A stretch of 64,000 bases of DNA from the IMG/VR virus record IMGVR_UViG_3300015262_000001, positions 62,001 to 126,000 of that record; one strand, 5' to 3'. A program made the translations under genes and the position numbers. Shown here piece after piece: positions 18,622 to 27,600 of the stretch. The notes under the pieces are model-generated. The model saw only the letters and a program-made list of their open reading frames with translations. It ran no database searches and was not told where the DNA came from. Numbering within the stretch: the stretch's first letter is position 1; each line of letters starts with the position of its first letter.

Positions 18622-21600
18622 TTACTTACCCCTGTAAATGGCAATAGCCTGTTTGGTAACCCCAACCGACAATTCACTTGTGCCCAGTCGATCCCTAAAG
18701 CTCAGTACCATGCGGTTAAAACCGCCTTTAAAACTACACTTGACGTCTACCACACGACCGTCTTGAGTCATCAACGGCTTCTTCATCACACCGTTGACGG
18801 TACCTTTCATCTGGTTGGCAATTACGTATTTGTCCGAGGTGGTAGAACCATCCATGGATTCGACGTAGACGGTAAACAATATCTTCCCTGGTGACAATAC
18901 AGGCTTACTCACGTTGAGGTTGTTACTCACGCTACCTGTTGCAACACTGCCATCAATCGAAGACATACGCTTGCGTTCTTTGTCCGAGGTAGCGACCAGT
19001 TTACGCACACTGTCCGACATCTTTTCCACAGGTGAGTTGTACATCACGTCGATCTTAACGACCTGGCCGTGGTACTTGGAGCGAATCTGTTTGATCCCCA
19101 GACGGTTGATATCCCCGACTTGAGTATTCGTATCTCCAGCCCCTGCCAGGTGGCTCTCTTCAATTTCGCATAAAATCGCGTCGTAGTCGATTTGGTCACC
19201 TTGTTTAACCTTAAAGGTCACAACCTTATCCACGTCTACAGCGAAGGTGTTCTTCGTCAGAAACGGGGTAATCGATTCCTCCATGATCTCTTTCGAAACC
19301 GCGATGGAGTCCTCGTAGGTATCCTGGTCTTCTACCAACGCAATGCGAACTTGCTTGCCGTTAAGCCAAACCACTTGTCCTGGGCAGAACGGGTCACGAG
19401 CAAACCACTGCTTGTCCCAGCCCAGTACTTCACCCTTGGTAAACTTGTCGCCGACTTTCATATCGGTAACACGGGTGTGACGATGGTATTCACCACTGGC
19501 TTCACCAATAACCAAACCCAACGGATACTTTTCAGCAGTACCGTCGTTATAGGTGATTTCCAGATAGTCCTCTTCGACTGCCGTTACCTTGCCATCCTCT
19601 TTAGCCACCTTGCTGTAGAGTTCGGAAGTCCGTTGAGCAATGACGTTGTCATAACCTGTACGGGTGATCGGCATGGTGTAGTTTTCAGCACTGACCGCTT
19701 GAGACGCCTGAGTCGAGGTAAACATCCCACGCTTGGTATCATCCTTGTTCATACCAAATGCCAGATTACCTGTTACCGAATACAGCGAGGTAGCAGATGG
19801 CTTACTCTTGGTGTCAATGTTGCCGCGGTAGTCGAGGATCTGAGGGTCAGAGGTGGTGTAGGTTACGAAACCCACTTTACCACTGTCCTTGTTAGCCTCG
19901 GAGATCTTGCCACGATAGCTCTTAAGCTGAACGCGAGCCCGTTTAACCACTGTGATCTCGCTACGTCCACCAGTACCACCAAAGGTCAACTCTTCCTGAT
20001 CCTTCAACTGGTGGATAGGGTTCACTTCCTCCACTCGGTTAACCGAGGTATCCTTGAGGATGCTCATGATCACAGCTTCAGGGTTGATCTCAAGCTTCTG
20101 CTTACGACCCTTGCCTTTGTTGAAGTACTGACGTGCAGCCCCTACCATGATCTTGTAGTAATGACCAGCGAAACGCTCGTAGCCTACGAAACGCTGCTCT
20201 TCCAATTCCACCTCGTGAGGGGTGTAGTCAGTTTCCAGCAGCTTGGCTGCGTCAATCAGCAGGTAATGAAAGGACTCACTGTAACCCATGCGTTTCAACT
20301 GATCTTTGGTGATCGCGTCAATAAACATTTTGTACAGCAGGTTCATCTCCAGGAACTGCGAAGGACGAACCTTTGGATCCCCCATCAGTGGACCCCAGAT
20401 ACCTTTGTTGTTCAGGTCACTCCGACTGAAGTTACTGATGTTGTTCAACTTAGGCATACCACCAAAGATCAGGGTGGTCAGTTTCTCACGACGGTTGAAG
20501 ATCAGATACTCGTCGTTGAACTGGATGGCGTACTCGTCGTCAGCCAACTTAGGACGCGTCCCCATCGGCACACTGCGGGTCGTTGCCTTAATGATCTTCA
20601 GCAGGTCATCAATCCCGAAGTAGTAACACAGGACTACACCCAACGGGAACTGAAAGCCGCTGATGTTGATCACGGCATGTTCATTGGGCGCTTTGCTGAA
20701 GTTGATCCCCATCAACCCTTCAAAGGTGTTAAACTCAACACCATCCAGGTAGAGGTTGCCGTAGCTGTCGATCGTGATTGGTTTCTTGTTCTTGACGCCT
20801 ACCAGGAACATGTCCGGTTTGGTAAACTTCTTGAACTCAGGATGTTCTTCCAACAACTTCTCGATGCGGAAGTCCAGCAGGTATCCACCCACGTTGATCC
20901 ACTGGAAGCGACTGGCCAGGATGGTGTAGATCCGCGGACCGGTATAGTCACGGTTACGACCATTACCACGACTCAACGTGATATCCTTGTCAGCCATAGC
21001 GCGCAGCAGGATCTGTTTCTTCAGCCACACCCCCAGGTCATCCACCACCTTCTTGCTACGGGTCACCATCAACTGGCGGTCATAGTGAGAGGTCAGCAGC
21101 ACAGTGCTTGCATCGATCTTGCGGATCGGCAGTTCCATGCGTTGCAGTTGCAGGTGAGACTTAACCCCGTCAACAGTAAAGGAGCCGTCTTTATTCACCT
21201 TAGGGAAACGAACCTGGTGAGTCGACTGCTCCCCATCAACGTGATGGACTTGCATTGTCATGACGTCGTAGGAACCCTCTACACCATGAATCTCTTCATG
21301 CTTGTAGTCGTTCAACGCAAAACCTGCGTTCTGGATACCCACCGCCATGCGAGCGATGTCCTTATACAGGAACTTGTCCACATAACCCTGCTTCAAGACT
21401 TTGGCACGGCTCTGGAGCATCGATTGATCGAGAATCGTGGGGAAGTTACCTTCGATCTTTGCGTCGCTGAGAAGTGACTTCAGCTCCTCTGGTTTGATCT
21501 CCATGTATTCAGCCAGACTCTGACCGTTTTCCATTTCAATGTGATAAACCTGAGTAGCCTTGCGCATGAAGAACTGCTGTTCTGCAACAGACAGACTGCC

Positions 21601-22992
21601 TTCACGAGCCTTCTCTTCCAGTGCTGCGGATACCCCACTTTCAAACGAGGTGAACGGGTCCTTCTTGATGGAGACTTCGCCAACCACTTTATCCTGTTCG
21701 AGCAGACGATCATCTACATGTGAGGTCCAGTCTTCAGTGCTTTCAGGATTTGTTCCGTCTCCCTCTTGTCCGGTCCCTTCATCACTTCCGTCGTCAGCTC
21801 CTTGACTACCACCGAAAGCATCACGGAGAGGATCAGGATGACCAGTAGTTCGCCCACCGTCATTTTTGCGAGGAAGCGTTCCTTCTCCGGATCCACCGGA
21901 TGTTTTACCTTTCCCTTTCTCAGCTCGCGACGCCTCTGCATCCAGGCGCCCAGCCGTCTCTGCTTCTTCTCCTCTTCCATCTTCCTTTTCCTCTTTTACC
22001 ACTTCCTCTTCCGAGACACCACCCCGGGTAAGGTTAAGCAAGGCCAGGTAAACACGTTTAGACGCATTCAAACGTTTACTGTGTTTCTCACGCTCGCTCT
22101 TTGGCGAGTCTCCATCCTTGGGCTTTGCTTTCGGATCCATTTCTGCATCCAACCACCCTTTCAGTGTACCGAGGTGAATTACCAGCGCACGACTGTTAAA
22201 CACAAAGATCAGGTGGAAATCTTCGATCGCTTTATCAGAAAGCTTATTTAGCAGACTGTATTCGTAGTCACCGAACAGGAAAGCCATCCAGTCCATCAAC
22301 CAGTAGGAACTTTCCTGCTTGGTGGTCCGTACAGTTTTGTTGCTGGCCAGTGGCTTACCGTCACGGAAGCTTTCAACGTAATGATCGTAGTCGACCATCA
22401 GTTCGGTAAACGACGGCATGTGCAGCGGCAGGTCAATGCGGTGGAACTGCTTGCGGCGTTTACCACGTTCAGCTTCTTCGTTAACACCGTCCATCAACAG
22501 ATTGAAGTGGTTGTAGAACCGCTCGAAGTTGATGAACAGAGAAGCCCGTGGATGCCAGAGCATATCGGCAAGACCGTAGCTCTTAACAATCAGAACCTTG
22601 TCCTTGTTGTAGACCGTGTTGATATCCTTGGTCCAGTTGTACTTGTAGTGCGAACCGCGATAACCCAGGATAACTTTACGAGGTTCGATCTGTACAGCAC
22701 GACCGCTACCAATCACCGGGGTGTACTTGGCCGGAAACTCGATAAACACTTCATCAGGGTAGTTGCTGATAAAGGCTTCGGAAATCGACGGGCCGATCTC
22801 TTGTGGGTTGTTTGGGAAGAAGTGAACCAACGAAGAACGTGGCAAGATGATCTCGCCAATCCCGATAAAGACAGGGGCGATCAACTCTTGACGCTTACGC
22901 TGTACAAAGGCGCGGTAGAACTGAGGATAGAGTGCTTCATCCCCCGTCACAGCGTCTAGGGGACTCAGCGTGTTCGCCGATGGGATATTCAT
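18622..22992 (-). CDS. Virion RNA polymerase beta subunit, large part (phiKZ gp178-like), 1456 aa; start refined to MNIPSAN
   Basis: RpoB motifs (DQEELTFGGTGGRS, SEANKDSGKVG, TYEDSI, DKYVIANQMKG); ATG 4 nt after the beta-prime stop. Confidence 0.9.
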   Translation of the reverse strand: MNIPSANTLSPLDAVTGDEALYPQFYRAFVQRKRQELIAPVFIGIGEIILPRSSLVHFFPNNPQEIGPSISEAFISNYPDEVFIEFPAKYTPVIGSGRAVQIEPRKVILGYRGSHYKYNWTKDINTVYNKDKVLIVKSYGLADMLWHPRASLFINFERFYNHFNLLMDGVNEEAERGKRRKQFHRIDLPLHMPSFTELMVDYDHYVESFRDGKPLASNKTVRTTKQESSYWLMDWMAFLFGDYEYSLLNKLSDKAIEDFHLIFVFNSRALVIHLGTLKGWLDAEMDPKAKPKDGDSPKSEREKHSKRLNASKRVYLALLNLTRGGVSEEEVVKEEKEDGRGEEAETAGRLDAEASRAEKGKGKTSGGSGEGTLPRKNDGGRTTGHPDPLRDAFGGSQGADDGSDEGTGQEGDGTNPESTEDWTSHVDDRLLEQDKVVGEVSIKKDPFTSFESGVSAALEEKAREGSLSVAEQQFFMRKATQVYHIEMENGQSLAEYMEIKPEELKSLLSDAKIEGNFPTILDQSMLQSRAKVLKQGYVDKFLYKDIARMAVGIQNAGFALNDYKHEEIHGVEGSYDVMTMQVHHVDGEQSTHQVRFPKVNKDGSFTVDGVKSHLQLQRMELPIRKIDASTVLLTSHYDRQLMVTRSKKVVDDLGVWLKKQILLRAMADKDITLSRGNGRNRDYTGPRIYTILASRFQWINVGGYLLDFRIEKLLEEHPEFKKFTKPDMFLVGVKNKKPITIDSYGNLYLDGVEFNTFEGLMGINFSKAPNEHAVINISGFQFPLGVVLCYYFGIDDLLKIIKATTRSVPMGTRPKLADDEYAIQFNDEYLIFNRREKLTTLIFGGMPKLNNISNFSRSDLNNKGIWGPLMGDPKVRPSQFLEMNLLYKMFIDAITKDQLKRMGYSESFHYLLIDAAKLLETDYTPHEVELEEQRFVGYERFAGHYYKIMVGAARQYFNKGKGRKQKLEINPEAVIMSILKDTSVNRVEEVNPIHQLKDQEELTFGGTGGRSEITVVKRARVQLKSYRGKISEANKDSGKVGFVTYTTSDPQILDYRGNIDTKSKPSATSLYSVTGNLAFGMNKDDTKRGMFTSTQASQAVSAENYTMPITRTGYDNVIAQRTSELYSKVAKEDGKVTAVEEDYLEITYNDGTAEKYPLGLVIGEASGEYHRHTRVTDMKVGDKFTKGEVLGWDKQWFARDPFCPGQVVWLNGKQVRIALVEDQDTYEDSIAVSKEIMEESITPFLTKNTFAVDVDKVVTFKVKQGDQIDYDAILCEIEESHLAGAGDTNTQVGDINRLGIKQIRSKYHGQVVKIDVMYNSPVEKMSDSVRKLVATSDKERKRMSSIDGSVATGSVSNNLNVSKPVLSPGKILFTVYVESMDGSTTSDKYVIANQMKGTVNGVMKKPLMTQDGRVVDVKCSFKGGFNRMVLSFRDRLGTSELSVGVTKQAIAIYRGK
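21714..21980 (-). CDS. Candidate overprinted membrane protein (88 aa) in the +1 frame inside virion RNAP beta
   Basis: ATG with purine-rich GAGGA/AGGAAG upstream; basic N-terminus; one 18-20 aa hydrophobic helix. Expression unproven. Confidence 0.4.
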   Translation of the reverse strand: MEEEKKQRRLGAWMQRRRELRKGKVKHPVDPEKERFLAKMTVGELLVILILSVMLSVVVKELTTEVMKGPDKRETEQILKALKTGPHM

Positions 22993-22996
22993 ACCT

Positions 22997-24613
22997 TTAT
23001 TTCTCCATACCGCTGGTGGCGGCTTTGAGCATAAACAAAATGGGTTCGTTAACAGGGTCGTAAAGGAACCGATTGCTACCGCTGATGTAATACTCGCGCT
23101 TACCAAACAGATCGTTAACCTGAGCCTTGCTGTCTTCAGCACACACACTGTTACTGTTGAGCATGTCACCATCGTGGTCGGAGTCGAGACCGGCTTCACG
23201 ACTTGGGTCTACTGACATGGCATCAAAGTAGTCTGGCTTTTCAATGTTGTGCGGATAGCGCATGCATTCTTCAAGCACTTCCCACTCAGTATCACGGATG
23301 ACCCGAGGCTTGGCGCCTTCAATGCTCAGGAGGTTAACCTTGGCAGGGAAGATAGAACCAATACCAATTACCGGGTAACGTGTCTGTTGGGAGACCTGGT
23401 CACCAATCGTCTTGTGGCAAGAGAGGTAGTAGAGCTGCATGTAGGTGATTGGAGTCACCAGTTTACGATCCTTACCCGCTGGCAGGTCGTTGATGTCACT
23501 CAGGACACAAACATCATGACCGTCGTCGTACACCAGCGCCAGATAGTGCCCAGAAAGGATGATGGGTTTGGAGCGGAGTCGAGCATTTCCGAAACCGTTG
23601 AAGAGTTTGGAGATGCCTGTGGCAGTTGACCACTTTTCGACAACGGCTGCTGAGACCTCAACATATTCATACTCCAGTGTCTTGGTATTGACTAACTTGA
23701 CGTTTTGGGATCCTGGGCTAAAGATGGTACCCAGGTACTTGGTGAGCAGTGCGTGAATGCAAACGTACTGAAAGTTCAGCAGCGCTTGATAGAGGCCCAT
23801 GTCCACCGAGTTGGGGTTGACCCCATTCCCTTTGTGCAAGTGCTCCCTGGAGACCTTACGAGCGGTAATAACGTTACGGGTACCCGATACCACGCCACGA
23901 GTAGAAACCCGCCGCTGGAACAGACCCGACTTACCGTCCATCAGATCAAAGATGTATTGGTCGATATCGTTGTAGGAACTCTGAAGACCCCAGCGCACTG
24001 TGTCATACAGTGGGTTATCACCATCTTCCTTACTACCCAGCGACACCACACGAGTGCGGAACAAAAGCTTGCGATAAAAGTCGGTGATCTCTGGTTCAAC
24101 AGTAGTGCCGTCCGGCTGGAACTCGATGTCCCGTAGCCCGGCAGGTGGAACCAGGACCTTGGCAGCCAATGCAATCGGCTTGAACCGTTGGACCAGCTCA
24201 ACCTTTTGTTTACGCTTGTAGCTCTCGGACAGAGTCGGCTGCAATTCTTTGAAGTGACTGATAAAGAAACTGAAACCAGTCTCCCCGTCGAGGAGGTTGG
24301 ATTTTATGAAATCTTTGGCCTGTGGGTCCCAGACGGCGTATTCCGTGCCTTTGAGAATTCCGAGGTAAAGCGACTTTGTTTGAATCATCGCTTTAAAGTA
24401 AGTTGGGTTGAATATTTCTAATTTGGTGTCAATGTACGCTTCGGTTTCGTCGCGCTCTTTGCTACCCAACTTGCCGAAGATTTCAGGAGAATAAAGACCT
24501 TCCTCATTGAGGTTTTGGGTCATGCCTTCAAATGCGTCAGTGGACGTCACCGGCATAAATACAGGCGGTGTGATTTTGTTAAAGTCCAGTAACGTAAGGT
24601 TTGTGGGTTTCAT
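22997..24613 (-). CDS. Virion RNA polymerase beta-prime subunit, N-terminal part with catalytic loop (phiKZ gp180-like), 538 aa
   Basis: RpoC motifs (GLYSPEIFG, GKSGLFQRR...GTRNVIT, RYP) and metal-binding DxDGD (DSDHDGD); no intron break visible. Confidence 0.9.
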   Translation of the reverse strand: MKPTNLTLLDFNKITPPVFMPVTSTDAFEGMTQNLNEEGLYSPEIFGKLGSKERDETEAYIDTKLEIFNPTYFKAMIQTKSLYLGILKGTEYAVWDPQAKDFIKSNLLDGETGFSFFISHFKELQPTLSESYKRKQKVELVQRFKPIALAAKVLVPPAGLRDIEFQPDGTTVEPEITDFYRKLLFRTRVVSLGSKEDGDNPLYDTVRWGLQSSYNDIDQYIFDLMDGKSGLFQRRVSTRGVVSGTRNVITARKVSREHLHKGNGVNPNSVDMGLYQALLNFQYVCIHALLTKYLGTIFSPGSQNVKLVNTKTLEYEYVEVSAAVVEKWSTATGISKLFNGFGNARLRSKPIILSGHYLALVYDDGHDVCVLSDINDLPAGKDRKLVTPITYMQLYYLSCHKTIGDQVSQQTRYPVIGIGSIFPAKVNLLSIEGAKPRVIRDTEWEVLEECMRYPHNIEKPDYFDAMSVDPSREAGLDSDHDGDMLNSNSVCAEDSKAQVNDLFGKREYYISGSNRFLYDPVNEPILFMLKAATSGMEK

Positions 24614-24640
24614 TTAAAAATTATCCCTTGGGAGTTAAAG

Positions 24641-27600
24641 ATGGCCGATGATTTCGATTCATGGGACGATGATCCCTTTGGTGGCGATCTAGACTTTGAC
24701 GACGATTTCGATAAACCCAAAGCAGGTTTTATCAGAAGCTTTGCTACTGGCTTCCTTTCGGGTGTCGTCGGCAAGACCGTAGGTGACACCGATGCCAGGG
24801 TTAACACCCTCAAAATGGTTTTGCCCAATACTTGGCTCGGGACGTTCAGTAACGTCGCCCTGCTAAACCAGCGCCGTAAGGAGGTAATGGAGGAGATTAA
24901 AGGGGATAGTTACCAGACGGTACAGGATCTCCAGTATCTCGCACAACGGGCCGGGACCAAACTGGGTAAAGGGGGTCCTAATAAAATCTCCGATCAACTG
25001 ATGAAATTCAGTTCCCATGATTTCTCGGACTGGGAAAAGGTCGATTATAGCGGTGACGGCGACAGTCCTCCCCGTATGGGTGAGACCACTGACGACGAAG
25101 TCAAAATGGTCATGGAGGCAAGTGAAGCCAATTCCTTGCTAGAACGTTCGACCATGGAAACCATTGCAGACCGTACGATGAGTATGATGTCTGAGGTGGG
25201 TGGTCGTACCATTGGTAGCATGAATGGCATGAACCGTGCGCTGGTGCGTAATAACCAGCTCATGGAACAGTTGGTTGACTTCCAGCGCCGAGTGCAGGCA
25301 CGTAACGATGCCATGCAACTCAACGTCATGACGCGGATGTACCTGACGAACGCCAAGTACTACAAGTTCCAGGAAGTAGCGCAGCACCGCGTTATCGCTG
25401 AATTGAAAAGCATCCGCGAATTCTCGAAGATGTCTGACTATGAGAAGACCTCTCACGGCCAGGCCATTCGTAAAGAAATCCGCTCGCAGTTCTTCAGCAC
25501 GGTCAAGAGCAAGTTCGGTGGCATCTCTGAGTTCATCAACGACAAGTTCGGTAAGGATGCACGGACTGGCACGATCGGTGCCGTAGGTGACGTTGTAGGC
25601 TCTGTACGCATGGCTGCTGAGATGACTGAGGGCATGACCCTCAATCTCGGTGACATCGCTGGTAACGCCGCGGCTGGCTTGTTCATCAGTCAACTGCCTC
25701 GCATCATGAAGTCTGGTAAGGCACGTGAGTACCTGGCCAAGTTCAAGAAGAACTATCCGAAACAAGCGAAGTGGGCAGAAGACGCCTATAAGCGAATGGA
25801 GGATCTGGGTAACGTAGCGACTTACACCACTGGTAACGCAGCAGGTTTGGTTAACGCCATGCAGCGCCACTATGTAGGTGGCATGGACGTTAATGCTCAC
25901 GAGAACTACGACGAGTACCTGGCTTCGTTACCGCCTGGTGCCAAGCCTACTCCTAAGCTGGAATGGGAAGTCCTCAACACCCTGAAGAAAACTGCTAACA
26001 AAGGGTTGGGTGCGTTGTATGAGAACACCTGGTCGAGCAGTGGTAGTCGTTACTCCCTGACTAACCGTACGTTGGCTGATAGCTACGAGCAGTCACAGTG
26101 GACCCGTCGCAGTGACCGTACCCTGAACGAAATCATTCCTCAGTGGCTGAGCCAGATCCACCTGTCGTTGGAAAAACAACGTACCGGTGATGATCGCATG
26201 AAGCCAATGTCGTATGACTACGTGAAGGCTCGTTTCATTTCGCATGAACAAAAGGTTAATAACGTTGTTAACAAGGTTATCGACCGTAACAGCTTCAGTT
26301 CGGTGGCTACGTCCTCCAACAACATCACAGACACGATTGACCAACTGGGTTTAGGTGCACTCAGCCCTGAGGCCAAGAAAGCGCTGTCGATGGAACTGAT
26401 CATGGGTAGCGATAAGGAAGAGGCGTTTACGCCTTGGAACTTCCTGAAGCTGGATGAGCACTCCGGGGTATCCCCAAAGGTTGCTAAAGAAATCCGTCGT
26501 GCCATGAAAGCTGCGTTCGACATCACTGACGATCACATCAGCGCCTTTGAAGGAGGTAGCGATGCGGACCGTATCAAGATGGCTGGTTACCTGCCAACTG
26601 AAAAGGCTCGTAAGAATGTTGTCGGTGTGGCCGATGCTGTTAAAAGCCTTGGCAACCTGGTTCCGGATATTGCTGCACAGTTGGACATTCATAAAGGCAC
26701 CGGTAGTTACGATGCCTTGAAAGAATCGGGGTTGGTCACCACGGACGAGTATAACCGTGATGACATCAACATGGACATGATCAAGCAGGCCATTGCCTCC
26801 TACATTGAGGACCCTAGTCGTCGCAATCCGACCATTCCTGATCGTGCCCCTCTCCCGACGCGCCCGGGGAGCTTTGGTGGTTTCCCCTACACTGTACCGA
26901 CCTTCGGCAACAGAACGCCTGTAATCCCCGGAGAGGACTCCCCAGAGGGTCTTAAAGTCCAAGGAATGGACAAGCTGACTGAATCACTGGGAAGTATCGG
27001 TGATTTGAAGACAGCCATCAACAACATGGGCGGTCCTAGCAACCCTCTGGCTCAGATGTTGAACCTGGATCCGTTGAACGCCGGCATGACCACTCTGAAC
27101 GAGCAGGTTAAGCGTCTGGTGGAAATGGGCGGTGAACGTAATGACCTCCTTACACGCATCCTCAACGGTCAACCGGGTGGTGGCAAGCCGCCAACTTCAG
27201 AAGACCAGCATGACGTCACTGCTGGTAAGCGGTCGATCATCGACCGTCTGAAAGCAACCAACCTGAAGGACATGTTCAACAAGGGTGTGGACAAGCTGCT
27301 GGATGCTCAACCTCTGGTATTGGGTGGTCTCCTGGGTGGCCTTGCTGCTTATGCGTTCCATGACCCTAAAGCAGCTGCATTGCTGGGTGGTGGTGCTGCG
27401 GTGGCATTGGCTTACGGCAGGTTTCACAGCATGTCCAAGGCCCGTGAGGCTCTGGATAGTGAAGACCTTTACGAAGAAGGTTCCGACGTTCCGATCCTGG
27501 AAGCTAACAAGCTGGCCAACCGCAACTACTACGATGCGACGAAAGGATTCCTCATTACGTCCTGGAAGCAAATCACCGGTAGTGTCAAGGACATGACCAA

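Noticed and set aside
22993-23199. Upstream in-frame extension of RNAP beta overlapping the beta-prime 3-prime end (possible frameshift fusion)
   Set aside because: No slippery heptamer seen. The downstream ATG at 22992 sits 4 nt after the beta-prime stop and gives the expected subunit size.
22997-24613. Group I intron/HNH interruption of beta-prime as in phiKZ gp180/gp179
   Set aside because: The ORF is continuous through the catalytic loop, with no intervening endonuclease ORF.
27285-27596. Trp/Val/Leu-rich alternative-frame ORF inside the tape-measure protein
   Set aside because: A frame-shift artefact of GGT/GCT/CTG-rich sense codons.
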